Part shown: piece after piece, positions 12,661 to 22,558 of the stretch
Layout: each line of letters begins with the position of its first letter
How positions within the stretch are numbered: position 1 is the stretch's first letter
Assembly (NCBI GenBank): GCA_964291215.2
Contig: OZ219791.1
Coordinates: forward strand, 1,539,200 to 1,603,199
From: Alphaproteobacteria bacterium
GTDB taxonomy: Bacteria; Pseudomonadota; Alphaproteobacteria; MPNO01; UBA830
Length of the DNA stretch: 64,000 nucleotides
Direction of reading: 5' to 3'
Notes under the pieces: generated by a model
What the model was told of the DNA's origin: nothing
Databases searched by the model: none
What the model saw: the letters and a program-made list of their open reading frames with translations, nothing else
Position numbers and translations under genes: made by a program

Positions 12661-13896
12661 GTAGTCCACCGGCATTGTATTGATGGTTTTTGGTGGGTAG
12701 TATTTTCGTGTCGGCGTTCGTTGGAATCCGGACAGTGCCGATATCTACACGGGCAGATGCCGAACAGGCAGCCGCAGCCCCATGCGCAGGTCCGGACAAC
12801 GGGCATGCCCGCAGGTCTTCGGCGCAATGACAGGAGCGGCGCATATGGCCAACTCTCGGGGCAGGAAGCTCTACCGCGTGACCCTTTCGGCGCAGGAGCG
12901 CCGGGATCTGCAGGCGATTGTCGACGGCACCGGGGCTGTCTGGCGTCGGCGCCGGGCACAGGTCCTGATGCTGAGGGGGCGCTTGTCGATGCCGACATAG
13001 GGCTGGGCACGGCGACGGTCGAGCGCTTGCGCAAGCGCTGCGTCCTGGAGGGGCTGGACGCCGCTCTCAGCCGCAAGGAGCAGGTGAACCGCCGGCCAAA
13101 ACGGCTGGACGGGGCGATGGAGGCGAAGCTGATCGCCCTGTTCGTCCCCGCCCGAGGGCTGTGGACGCTGAAGCTGCTCGCCGGCCGTCTGGTGGAGATG
13201 GAGATTGTCGAGCGCATTTCGGAAGAAACGGTCAGGAAGACGCTAAAAAAAGAGATCAAGCCGTGGCTGAAGCAGTACTGGTGCATTCCACCGCATCGGA
13301 GCGCACAGTTCGTGGCGGCGGACATGCTTGACATTTATCAGCGGAACTTTGCCGGGGACGAGGTGCTGGAGACCAGCCGGCAGCAGACGAAGGAAACCCC
13401 CCGTCCTCCGGTCAGCCGGAGGTGGTCGACTATGAATATGAGCGCAACGGCACGGCCAACCTCTTCATGGCCTTTGCGCCCAACGAGAACTGGCGCACGG
13501 TGAAAGTCACCGACCGCCGCGGGACTGGGCACACTTCATCCGGGAGCTTGCCGACGACCATTTCCCCGACAGGAAGATCGTGCTGGACAATCTGAACACG
13601 CACAGTCGCTGTATGAAGCCTTCGAGCCCGAGGAGGCGGGTGCGAAAGCGGTTCGAGTTTCGCTATACGCCGAAGCACGGAAGCTGGCTCAACATGGCCG
13701 AAATCGAGATCGGTGCGCTGTCGCGGCAGTGTCTTCGGCGACGCATTCCCGACCGCGACACCATGCTGCGGGAGACCGTGGCGTGGGTCGAGCGCCGCAA
13801 TGCGGCCGATGTCACTGTCGACTGGCGTTTCACGACGAAGGATGCCCGGACGAAACTGAAGTCACTATATCCGTCAATACAATAATGCCAGACTAC
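12661..13896 (+). mobile_element. IS630-family insertion sequence (1236 bp)
   Basis: Imperfect terminal inverted repeats: GTAGTCCACCGGCATTGTATTGATGG on the left, and GTAGTCTGGCATTATTGTATTGACGG as the reverse complement of the right end. Flanked by TA/TA inside C-TA-[IS]-TA-G, which is the known IS630 target behaviour. Confidence 0.85.
12845..13885 (+). pseudogene. IS630-family transposase, multiply frameshifted
   Basis: Recognisable blocks lie in different frames: MANSRGRKLYRVTLSAQERRDLQ, LWTLKLLAGRLVEMEIVERISEETVRKTLKK, VVDYEYERNGTANLFMAF, and LDNLNTHS...FEFRYTPKHGSWLNMAEIEIG. I count at least four frame changes. Confidence 0.85.
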
Positions 13897-13974
13897 TAGC
13901 CCCCCAGTGAAACACCTCAAAGCGCAAACCTCAGACAAATTTCCAGACATCAAGTTACAGTACCTCCATTTCTC

Positions 13975-14761
13975 GGCAGGCCGAAGATGTAATGCGCGAG
14001 TTCGGGAGCTTGTCCTCTTCTCAGGTCAGCCGAGCCACCAGGTTGCTCGATGAAGAACTCGCCGCGCAACCGGCCCCTGATGAAATACCTGATCCTGGAT
14101 GCGCGCTATGAAAAAGCCCGCCATGACGGCGTTGTGCGCGATGTCGCAGTGCTCTCGGCCATCGGAATAGGGGCTGCAGGCACGTTCTGGGGCTCTCTGT
14201 GGCGCTCTCCGAGGCCGAGGTCCATTGGAGAGCCTTCCTGGAAAGCTTGCTAGCCCTGCATGGTACGACCTTCATCGTCTCGGATGACCATGCTGGGTTG
14301 AAAGCGGCACGGTGCTGGGCGCGGCGACGTGGCAGCGCTGCCAGTTCCACTTGGCGCAAAACGCCGTGCACCGAACAACGACATCAGGAAACGTATTGGA
14401 AAACAGCTCGGAGCCACGCCTCCTCACTCCAAACCGCCGAGGCTGAACTGGGCGCCCTCGTGGCCAGCGACAAGCATCCAGGCTTCCTGGCTGGAAAACA
14501 ATGCGGGGCTCGCTGTCTTCACCTTGCCCGATGCTCACCACAAGCGTATGCGAACCTCGAACGGCATCGAGCGGCCGATCCAGCAAGAGCTCAAGCGGCG
14601 CACCTCCAAAGTCAGGGTCTTTCCGAACCTCGCCTCGTTGGAGCGCCTCTCAACCGCGGTCCTCATCGACGAAAAATGGGAAACCGAAACCAAGGCATAC
14701 ATCAAATGGGAACAGCTCGATGACTGAGAGCTTCTCGACAATTTCCAGACATCAGGTTGCG
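13975..14761 (+). pseudogene. IS256-family (mutator-type) transposase, 5-prime truncated and frameshifted, with its right terminus
   Basis: Blocks are spread over three frames: SSSQVSRATRLLDEELA, YLILDARYEKARHDGVVRDVAVLSAIGI, LSEAEVHWRAFLESL, WQRCQFHL and FTLPDAHHKRMRTSNGIERPIQQELKRRTSKVRVFPN. The N-terminal third or so is missing. The terminal sequence is GACAATTTCCAGACATCAGGTTGCG. Confidence 0.8.
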
Positions 14762-14763
14762 TA

Positions 14764-14970
14764 ATCCCCAGATCCGTTGCTCCGTTTGCGATCAGACGTT
14801 CCAAAACGGCCTCAATCGTCGTAGTGTGTCGCAGGTCCATTCGCTTCCTCCATGAATGTTTACAGCTCCATGGGATAGTACGATGGCGCTGCGTTTCACT
14901 GGGGGGCTAGCCCCCAGTGAAACGCCTCAAAGCGCAAACCTCAGACAAATTTCCAGACATCAAGTTACAG
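14764..14970 (-). mobile_element. truncated left end of an IS256-like element (terminal repeat copy D, hairpin, SD and the first 25 codons)
   Basis: Read on the minus strand in order: the 64-nt repeat (14970..14907), a 17+17-nt near-palindrome around CTAG (14925..14891), about 50 nt, GGAGGAAGCGA, then ATG 14840 (MDLRHTTTIEAVLERLIANGATDLG). The frame is then cut off by the right end of the plus-strand IS256 fragment. Confidence 0.5.
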
Positions 14971-15455
14971 TACCGTCGCGGGCGGACCGTGCGGCGAACG
15001 GCACGCTCAGTACGCCAAGTCAATCGTCCATTCAGCGTCTTCCCTGGCCGAAACACATGATGAACGCGTACGCTTCCGATGCGGAGGTTCCCGAGGGGTA
15101 AATTTTGCCGACCTTTGCAGGGGCCGGCAGGCATCGCCAAATCGCCTCCGCCGGCACTCGCATTCGGAGAACGCCAATTACCTAACCCGCTATAGCTCAC
15201 CACCGAGGTGGTGAACTTTGAATCTGTCTGCCAACAATCCGCTGCATAAGAAAAACAGCGTGCCAATAGCAAGAAGCGCATCTTTGGGCGCGCGGCCACA
15301 CACTGCAATCATGCCTGTGGAAACACCACTCAACCGTCTGCAGCGGATGGCCATGCACGAACTGGTCTACCCACTTGAAAATTTTGGCAGCAGATGCTGC
15401 TATAATCTGACCCTGCGAACGAGGACAGACTAAAAAAACAGAGCAAGCAAAGAAC

Positions 15456-16778
15456 ATGTCCGATCCCCGGTCCTGTGAAACCTGCCGTACGGCCGCCCCG
15501 GTGGTCAAATTCGGGGATCGTCGTCTTTTCCGTGAGGAATTCAGACCGGAACGCTTCTGGCAGGAGTTCGCAAGGCGGACGGTGGCAGGATTCGAAATGC
15601 CGGCGCGGTGTTCTCCAGCAGGCGACATGACGCAGTGCAAAAAGCCAGGCGACAGCTTACCCGAGCGCCGCCACGCCTTGGCAACGGCGCCGGACACTGG
15701 CGACAAGCGGGGCATCCGTCGTTCTGTCGGGATCTTCTTCACGAAAACCCGGGCAGGGCGGCTTGTGGCGCTCCTGGTTGTTGCCGTCGGCGCAACTGTC
15801 GCTTCCCCACCGTCTTTAACCGCTGCCGATTCGGCTTCGGTGTTGATCTATCACCGGTTCGGTGAAGAGAGGTACCGTTCGACCAACATCAGGCTGGAAC
15901 AGTTCGAGGCCCACGTCAGGGAGCTGTCCAATCCCCGGTACAATGTCCTGCCGCTCCCCCATATCGTCGACAGCCTGCAGAACGGTAAGGCGCTGCCCGA
16001 CCGGAGCTTGGCCATTACGATCGACGACGCCTTTCTCTCGGTCTACACCGAAGCTTGGCCGCGTCTGCGCGCCGCCGGGCTGCCGTTCACGCTATTCGTG
16101 GCAACGCAGGCCGTGGACATCAACCGGCCAAACTACATGAGCTGGGACCAGATCCGGACACTGCATCGGGCAGGCGTCACGATCGGGAGCCAGACCCACA
16201 CTCACCTCGACATGCCGGTGGCCAGCGCCGAGAAAAACAGGCAGGAACTCGAAGCCTCGAACCGGAGCTTCCTTGAGAATCTGGGCGTAGTGCCCAATAT
16301 CATCGCCTACCCGTTCGGACAATATAGCCTCGCGGTACGGAAAGTCGTAATTAACACCGGATTCCGGGCCGGATTCGGACAGCATTCGGGAATAGTCCAT
16401 TCGGGCTCAGACGTGTTCTACCTGCCGCGTTTCGCGATGAATGAGATCTTCGGCGATATCGAGCGTCTGAGGATAGTAGCCAACGCCCTGCCGTTGAGGG
16501 TTCGCGATTTCGTGCCCGAGGATCCGCTGATTTCCCCTGCCGCCAATCCACCCGTCGTCGGTTTCACGGTCGCCAATGAGCTGACCAGGCAGTTGGGACG
16601 GCTGCGCTGCTACGGCAATTCCGGAGGAGAGCTGACGCTGGAGTTGCTGGGGCCGAGAGTCGAAATTAGATTTGCAGCTGCGTTGCCCGAAGGGCGCTCA
16701 CGAATCAACTGCACGATGCCGGCGCCAAACGGAAGATGGCACTGGTTCGGCAAGCAGTTCTACCTGCCGAAGCCCTGA
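15456..16778 (+). CDS. polysaccharide deacetylase (NodB-domain) family protein
   Basis: NodB-like blocks ITIDDAF..., GSQTHTHLDM and AYPFG, after a signal-anchor (RLVALLVVAVGATVA). The start is uncertain: ATG 15597 (AGGA 7 nt upstream) and ATG 15627 are alternatives. Confidence 0.8.
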   Translation: MSDPRSCETCRTAAPVVKFGDRRLFREEFRPERFWQEFARRTVAGFEMPARCSPAGDMTQCKKPGDSLPERRHALATAPDTGDKRGIRRSVGIFFTKTRAGRLVALLVVAVGATVASPPSLTAADSASVLIYHRFGEERYRSTNIRLEQFEAHVRELSNPRYNVLPLPHIVDSLQNGKALPDRSLAITIDDAFLSVYTEAWPRLRAAGLPFTLFVATQAVDINRPNYMSWDQIRTLHRAGVTIGSQTHTHLDMPVASAEKNRQELEASNRSFLENLGVVPNIIAYPFGQYSLAVRKVVINTGFRAGFGQHSGIVHSGSDVFYLPRFAMNEIFGDIERLRIVANALPLRVRDFVPEDPLISPAANPPVVGFTVANELTRQLGRLRCYGNSGGELTLELLGPRVEIRFAAALPEGRSRINCTMPAPNGRWHWFGKQFYLPKP

Positions 16779-16782
16779 ATCC

Positions 16783-17766
16783 TCACGTCTGATCGTCCCC
16801 GTCGACGAAACGGGCATGATCGAACATGCTGAGGTCGTTTGTGCGCATGATCTGGCGAATTGCCTCGATATAGGCCTCACCTCGTTCCGAATAGCGCGAA
16901 AGCGCGCCGACGAGAGCTTTACCATCCATTCTGCCAGCCTGGCGCATCCGCGCCCGCGCGTCGCGGAAGGCCTTGTATGCCTCATGGCAGTTGAGATTGT
17001 GGGCATAGCTGAACACGCTGTTCAGCAGGTTGTTGTACGACCTGACCCTGAATATCGAGTTGTTTCCGCGCTTCTTGGGTACCATGTCGTGCACGCGCGG
17101 TTTGTAGGTGCGCTGACCGAACAGCGCGTTGCCGGCCCGGGCGAACCTGGAAGTGCCCCAGCCACTTTCCTCGGCCGCCTGGGCAATGGCAAGAGACGGC
17201 AGGATGATGTCCACGGACTTGAGCAGTTCCACGTAATCCACCCGTTCAAGGCCGTACCACTCGGCGACCGACACAAGCCAGAGCCGTTCGTCTTCAGACA
17301 ATGCGCCGCCAGCAGCTTCGCGGTCGCGCAGACTGATCAGCTGTTCGCGAACGGCAGCGATGGTTTCGTTGACATGCAGGATGAGCGGCAGGACCAGGCT
17401 GATGAACGCCGCCTTGCGCTTGGCAGGAACGGATATTTCGCTGAAGCCTGACGGCAGGCTCGCGAGGAAAATGCGACGCACCTGGCCGGTGGCTCGTATC
17501 TCTTCGAGCTGGTTTTCGGTCCGTTCGAAAAGCGACGGAGCACTGTCGCGGGAGCCCGTCATGTGCGCTACCAGACGCCACTTGTCTCCCGGGTCCGGAG
17601 CCGCAGTTTCGGCGGGCTTGTCCGTTACCGCCCCGCTGCCTGCGACAGCCGGAGCGGAAGCCCCGAGGGCGAACGCAACCGTGGCACCCGCAAGCGGCGC
17701 TTTCTGCAAAACAGTCAGTGCTTTCAGCCACAATGGCTGAAGAGAGGAAATACCGAATCCCATCAT
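16783..17766 (-). CDS. glucosaminidase-domain (Bax-like) protein
   Basis: C-terminal LAIAQAAEESGWGTSRFARAGNALFG muramidase/glucosaminidase motif. Start set at MMGFG (17766), ahead of the signal-like segment. Confidence 0.75.
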   Translation of the reverse strand: MMGFGISSLQPLWLKALTVLQKAPLAGATVAFALGASAPAVAGSGAVTDKPAETAAPDPGDKWRLVAHMTGSRDSAPSLFERTENQLEEIRATGQVRRIFLASLPSGFSEISVPAKRKAAFISLVLPLILHVNETIAAVREQLISLRDREAAGGALSEDERLWLVSVAEWYGLERVDYVELLKSVDIILPSLAIAQAAEESGWGTSRFARAGNALFGQRTYKPRVHDMVPKKRGNNSIFRVRSYNNLLNSVFSYAHNLNCHEAYKAFRDARARMRQAGRMDGKALVGALSRYSERGEAYIEAIRQIMRTNDLSMFDHARFVDGDDQT

Positions 17767-18155
17767 GTGTCCGGACGCCTTGCACGGCGTCTCATTTGTT
17801 GAGCGCCAAGTCTGCATCCGGCGCCTGCCCTGACACTGCTTCGATCACCACCGGAACGGCAGTGCAGGAGACACCTCCATGCACCTCGCGCCGCTGCCAG
17901 GCTGCGCCGAAACAGTCCGCTTTGGACCTCTTGGCTACCAGCATAGCGAACCTGAAGCCTGAATCAAGCCGCCGGCAAAGGTGATTGCAGGGTTGATGTT
18001 CCGGTCGATGTCCAAGACCAGGTAATCATCCGCTGCCTTCGGAAAGCCTGCCCCGGCTCCGGAATCGGCATTTGTCGACAGCGGCGGAATCCGGCGGCAT
18101 GACGAAGGCCAGAGGCACAGCCCTCGACAGCCGTGCATGCTGATTGCTGCGGATA

Positions 18156-18905
18156 TCAGCCGCCAGACCGCGCTTCGGCGATGATTTTCCTGAGGCTGGC
18201 CCCATCTACAGCTCCCGGCACCAAGGTTTCTCCGATGACGAATGCAGGCGTGCCGCGGACGCCGATAGCGCGCGCCAGATTCGCCGTCTCCTCCAGATAG
18301 GAGGCGATCGCCGGATCTTCCATGTCCCGGCGGAGGCGCGCAACATCCAGGCCGATATCCTTGGCAACGCCCATGATTGCCGTTTCGGTCAGTCTTCCGC
18401 GCAGGCTCATGACGCCAACATGGAAACGCAGGTACCTGTCCTGTTGTTTCGCAGCCATTGCCGCCCGGGCGGCAAATCCCGATACAGGCCCGAGGATCGG
18501 ATACTCCTTCCAGACGATTCGCACCTGCCTGTCCGTCTTCAGCAAATCCATAACCACCTTGAGCGAACGCTTGCAGTAGCCGCACTGGTAGTCGAAGAAC
18601 TCGACGACCGTGATATCCCCGCGCGGATTCCCTGAGACCGGAGATGACGGGTGGCGGTGCAGCGCCTCGCCATGCTTGATGATCGCGGATTTTGTCCGCT
18701 GTTTGAGTGCGGCTTCATTTTTTGCCTGCAACGCAGCCAGAGCCTCCTGGATGATTTCTGGATTCCGGAGCAAGTAATCCCTGACAATCTGCTCAATGGC
18801 GCTTCTTTCGGGCGTCGTGCCGGCCCCTGTCTGCGCAGATCCGCCCGCAATCGGAATCACGGCGGCGAAGGTTGCTGCCAAGGCTACCAAGTAGATGGTG
18901 CGCAT
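18156..18905 (-). CDS. DsbA-family thiol:disulfide oxidoreductase
   Basis: Thioredoxin-fold CGYC active site (VVEFFDYQCGYCKR) and a signal peptide MRTIYLVALAATFAAV. GGAAGGA lies 9 nt upstream of ATG 18905. Confidence 0.85.
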   Translation of the reverse strand: MRTIYLVALAATFAAVIPIAGGSAQTGAGTTPERSAIEQIVRDYLLRNPEIIQEALAALQAKNEAALKQRTKSAIIKHGEALHRHPSSPVSGNPRGDITVVEFFDYQCGYCKRSLKVVMDLLKTDRQVRIVWKEYPILGPVSGFAARAAMAAKQQDRYLRFHVGVMSLRGRLTETAIMGVAKDIGLDVARLRRDMEDPAIASYLEETANLARAIGVRGTPAFVIGETLVPGAVDGASLRKIIAEARSGG

Positions 18906-19154
18906 GGGCTCGAATTCCTTCCTCATTCAGATGAGATTCTGGCGAAATTACGCCTGAAAGCGGGAGTGAAACGGCCTGTCGAACAAGACATAGAACACAC
19001 CAAATAAAGATCAAGGGGTTGTCAGTGTCTCTGCGAGCAAGCAGCAATCATTTCCACAGCCTTGCAAACCCTCCGATGACTGCCGGATACCGTCGCCCGT
19101 CCGCAAGGTGCAGCCTGGCATGGCGAAACCAACGCGGCGGGTACCGGAACCGAT

Positions 19155-19685
19155 TCAGGTCAACGCATCGATCTGCTCTTCCGTCAGATTGCCGGGGACA
19201 ATCATGATCGGGATGGGAAACTGTCCGGACATCTTCCCGCCGATTGAGGAAACCAGCGGACCCGGGCCTTTCCTGTCGGTGCCCGCGCCGAGAACCAGGA
19301 TCGAAATGCGAGGCTCTTCGCTGATCAGTTCCTCGATGACCTCCGCCGGTTTGCCTTCGCGCACATAGAGGACCGGCGTGCGCCCTGACCACTCCTGAAC
19401 CCGCAGAGCGTATTGCTGCAGGAAGCCCTCGGCTTCCTCGCGCGCCTCTTCGCGCATCCTTTCCTCGACCGACATCCAGTGCTGGAACTCGGCCGGTTCC
19501 ATGCAGTAGAGCAGCGCGAGTGTTCCGCCTGCGCGCGCACAGCGCCGCACCGAAAAATAGATCGCCTTGTGACACTCCTCCGTCGAATCGACCACGCAGA
19601 GGTAAATTCGATCGTCGGGCCGGATCACTTCCTTGCCGATTTCCTTCGGCGTCTTGTCCGGCGGCACCGGACTTTCACTGCTCAT
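19155..19685 (-). CDS. universal stress protein (UspA family)
   Basis: Usp-like fold markers (ISILVLGAGTD...GPLVSSIGGKMSG...PIMIVPG). Start at MSSESP (19685). Confidence 0.85.
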   Translation of the reverse strand: MSSESPVPPDKTPKEIGKEVIRPDDRIYLCVVDSTEECHKAIYFSVRRCARAGGTLALLYCMEPAEFQHWMSVEERMREEAREEAEGFLQQYALRVQEWSGRTPVLYVREGKPAEVIEELISEEPRISILVLGAGTDRKGPGPLVSSIGGKMSGQFPIPIMIVPGNLTEEQIDALT

Positions 19686-19687
19686 AA

Positions 19688-20449
19688 TCAAGTTCTCCTG
19701 AACGCCACGCCAGCAGCCCATCCGGCCACTAGCGCAATAATGATGGCCGCCAAGCCGTAGAGCGCTGCCTGTTCATGCGCGAACAAAAACAACTCGGCCT
19801 CGATCCCGACCTTGGATACCGTGAACGGAGCCTCTTCGCGACGGATCATCCGCCCCTCGTGGAACAGGAAGATCGTTGCGACATATCCACCGGTCGGCAC
19901 GTTGGTCGGAAACGAAATCGTCGTCCGAAACAGGCGCCCTCCCTTGATTTCTATGCCGGAAACGGCCTCCCCGTAGAGTCCCTGCTTGCGCTTGTTGCGG
20001 AACAGCGCGGACCGGAACTCGGCGACCTCGCCCGGTCCCCGCGCAGAAGATGTCGTGATGTCGAGCGTCTCGGTGCCGATCCGGAACTCCCGCAGGAGCC
20101 TGGGCGGCGCGATCTCGTCCAGATTTCGTGACGCGGCGACGCGGTAGTAGGCCGGCGTTCCGTCGAACGTCACAGAAGCTCCATTGACCCAGATTCCCGC
20201 CACGCGTTGCTTGCGGCGCACGACCTCGCTGCGGACCGGGCCGCGTACCGTGACCACGATATCGCCATAACCGTCAGTGGTGCCGAAGAGCAGGAGTTCG
20301 GCGCCGGTGAAATTGGTGGTGATCGCGATCTTCCGGCTGGAAAGGTCGGCGACCACCACCTGCGCATGTCCCGGAACGGCCGCGGCCCATGACAATGCGA
20401 GCGGTGCCAGCATGGCGATCAGCGCTCCGAGTGATAGCCGCCGGCTCAA
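19688..20449 (-). CDS. TIGR02186-like (Alph_Pro_TM) membrane-anchored protein
   Basis: Signal peptide, an ADLSSRKIAITTNFTGAELLLFG block and a C-terminal TM segment. Overlaps the upstream TauE gene by 4 nt. Family assignment is from memory. Confidence 0.6.
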   Translation of the reverse strand: MSRRLSLGALIAMLAPLALSWAAAVPGHAQVVVADLSSRKIAITTNFTGAELLLFGTTDGYGDIVVTVRGPVRSEVVRRKQRVAGIWVNGASVTFDGTPAYYRVAASRNLDEIAPPRLLREFRIGTETLDITTSSARGPGEVAEFRSALFRNKRKQGLYGEAVSGIEIKGGRLFRTTISFPTNVPTGGYVATIFLFHEGRMIRREEAPFTVSKVGIEAELFLFAHEQAALYGLAAIIIALVAGWAAGVAFRRT

Positions 20450-21372
20450 TGAACCACCCCCGAGCCCAGCGAAAACACGTCATCGGGTGTCGCGATCAGG
20501 TCCCACGCCACCCGCACGCAGACGGCAAGCACGATCAGGCCGAGGGCGGCGCGCATCTCCTCGCCGCGCAGCCGGCCGCCAAGGCGGGCACCAAGCTGGG
20601 CGCCGATAACGCTGCCGATGATCAACAGCAGCGCGAGAACGATGTCCACGGTCTGGTTGTTGACGGCTTGGAGAAAGGTCACGTTGGCGGTCACGAACAC
20701 GATCTGGAAGAGCGACGTTCCGACCACCACGGCCGTCGGCATGCCGAGCAGATAGATCATCGCCGGCACCATGACGAAGCCTCCGCCAACGCCCATGATC
20801 GCAGCGAGAATGCCGACGAACACGCCGACGCCGAACGGCAGGAGGGCGCTGATGTAGAGCTTGGAGCGCCTGAACCGCATCTTGAACGGAAGCCCGTGCG
20901 CCCAAGTGTGATAGTGCAGCTTCCGGCGCGGTGCCGACGGGTTGCGGCTGCGGAACCATGCCCGCACGCTCTCGACGACCATCAGCGAACCGATGATGCC
21001 GAGAAAGATGACATATGCGATCTCGATCACGAAATCGATCTGGCCGATGCCGCGGAGGAACGTGAATAACCAGACGCCAAACGTGGATCCGACAAGACCA
21101 CCGACAAGCAGCACCAGACCCATGCGGATGTCAACGTTGCCACGGCGCCAGTGGGCAAGCGCACCCGACACGGAGGCGGCCACCACCTGGTTGGCCTCGG
21201 TGCCAACGGCCACCGCTGGCGGTACGCCGATGAAGATGAGCAGCGGCGTCATGAGAAAGCCGCCGCCGACGCCGAACATGCCCGACAGAAGGCCGACTGC
21301 GCCGCCAAGCCCCAGCAGCATCAGCGCATCAAGCGAGATCTCGGCAATCGGCAGGTATATTTGCATGGCCAA
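20446..21372 (-). CDS. sulfite exporter TauE/SafE family (DUF81) permease
   Basis: 308-aa polytopic protein with two internal DUF81-type repeats (GVGGGFLMTP / GVGGGFVMVP). Confidence 0.85.
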   Translation of the reverse strand: MAMQIYLPIAEISLDALMLLGLGGAVGLLSGMFGVGGGFLMTPLLIFIGVPPAVAVGTEANQVVAASVSGALAHWRRGNVDIRMGLVLLVGGLVGSTFGVWLFTFLRGIGQIDFVIEIAYVIFLGIIGSLMVVESVRAWFRSRNPSAPRRKLHYHTWAHGLPFKMRFRRSKLYISALLPFGVGVFVGILAAIMGVGGGFVMVPAMIYLLGMPTAVVVGTSLFQIVFVTANVTFLQAVNNQTVDIVLALLLIIGSVIGAQLGARLGGRLRGEEMRAALGLIVLAVCVRVAWDLIATPDDVFSLGSGVVH

Positions 21373-21457
21373 GTCCGATGCTGCCCCAAGCCGCAGCTTC
21401 TATGCTTCCGTCATTATGGTCGAAGCAGCATCAACATCATCGCCTCCGGCAACCGAG

Positions 21458-22462
21458 TCAGGCCGGGATCAGGCCGACAATCTCGTAGACCCTACCCCTG
21501 ACGGGATCGGCAATCGCGGCCGCGCGGCCTGCCCCTTGCGCAAGAATAGCATCAATATGCCGCGGATCGTCCATGAGGCGCCGCATCTGATCCGAGATCG
21601 GCACGAGTTTTTCGACCAAGAGGTCCGATAGCGCGGGCTTGAACTCCGCAAAGCCGCGTCCGCCGAATTCGGCAAGCACGTCAGCCACCGTCATGCGGGC
21701 GAGCGCCGCATAGATGCCCACGAGATTCGCAGCCTCGTTGCGGCCAGCGAGACCGGCGGGTTCCGAAGGCAGGGGCTCGGGGTCCGTCGTCGCGCGGCGG
21801 ACCTTTCTCGCGATCTCGTCCGCGGAATCGGTGAAGTTGATCCGGGACTGTTCGGACGGGTCGGATTTCGACATTTTGCTGCTGCCGTCGCGAAGGCTCA
21901 TGATCCTCGTGGCCTCGCCGAAAATCAGCGGCTCGACGATGGGGAAGAACTCGACCCCGAAATCGTGATTGAACTTCTGCGCGATGTCGCGCGTGAGCTC
22001 GAGGTGCTGTTTTTGGTCCTCGCCGACCGGCACATGGGTTGCCAGATAGGTCAGGATGTCGGCGGCCATCAGATTCGGATAGGTGAACAGTCCGGTCGAT
22101 GCGTTCTCGCGATGCTTGCCGGCCTTTTCCTTGAACTGCGTCATCCGGTTGAGCCATCCCATCCGCGCGACGCAGCTGAAGATCCAGGCGACCTGGGTAT
22201 GGGCCGCAACCCGGCTTTGGTTGAAGATAATGCTCGTTTCCGGTTCTATGCCGGCCGCGATGAAAGCTGCCGTAACTTCGCGCGTGTTGTTGGCGAGTTC
22301 AGCCGGATCCTGCCACTGCGTCAGCGCATGCAGGTCGACGACGCAATAGATGCACTCGTAGTCCGACTGCAGGTCGACGAAATTGCGTATCGCACCGAGG
22401 TAGTTGCCAAGATGAAGGCTTCCCGTAGGCTGCACGCCGGAGAACACCCGATTGCTGATCAT
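21458..22462 (-). CDS. trpS: tryptophan--tRNA ligase
   Basis: HIGH-type motif ([11 protein letters not shown]) and KMSKS motif. 334 aa. Confidence 0.95.
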   Translation of the reverse strand: MISNRVFSGVQPTGSLHLGNYLGAIRNFVDLQSDYECIYCVVDLHALTQWQDPAELANNTREVTAAFIAAGIEPETSIIFNQSRVAAHTQVAWIFSCVARMGWLNRMTQFKEKAGKHRENASTGLFTYPNLMAADILTYLATHVPVGEDQKQHLELTRDIAQKFNHDFGVEFFPIVEPLIFGEATRIMSLRDGSSKMSKSDPSEQSRINFTDSADEIARKVRRATTDPEPLPSEPAGLAGRNEAANLVGIYAALARMTVADVLAEFGGRGFAEFKPALSDLLVEKLVPISDQMRRLMDDPRHIDAILAQGAGRAAAIADPVRGRVYEIVGLIPA

Positions 22463-22558
22463 TGTTGTTCCTGGGACCTGAACGGGAGAGTCTGGCGGGT
22501 TATCGCCGCTGTCGGCCGGGCCGTCAAGCGTTCCCGCACTATTCCGCGCCTGTCTCCG

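Larger units (their letters stand above)
12597..13960. mobile_element. palindromic MITE (two 64-nt arms) interrupted at its central CTAG by an IS630-family element
   Basis: Arm 12597..12660 and arm 13897..13960 are reverse complements with a single mismatch. Without the insert they form a palindrome of about 126 bp centred on CTAG. Confidence 0.8.

Noticed and set aside
12433-13503. 356-aa ORF as an intact transposase.
   Set aside because: It reads through a MITE arm and the IS630 terminus before entering only the middle block of the transposase. The N-terminal and C-terminal blocks are in other frames, so the gene is a pseudogene.
12339-14970. The four 64-65-nt repeats as a CRISPR-like array.
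   Set aside because: Two copies are in each orientation, the spacing is irregular (about 190 to 1240 bp), the intervening DNA is IS sequence, and no cas genes are present.
15197-15742. 181-aa minus-strand ORF and the 71-aa plus-strand ORF 15218..15433.
   Set aside because: The first is largely antisense to the deacetylase 5-prime region. Both have poor codon bias and Cys/His/Trp- or Arg-rich unnatural composition.
17935-18155. Small ORF ending ...DDYLVLDIDRNINPAITFAGGLIQASGSLCW as a lipoprotein gene between the Bax-like gene and dsbA.
   Set aside because: Third-position GC is only intermediate, there is no clear start or Shine-Dalgarno sequence, the lipobox is poor (SMHGC), and the upstream part of the frame overlaps dsbA. 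The evidence is insufficient to call it.
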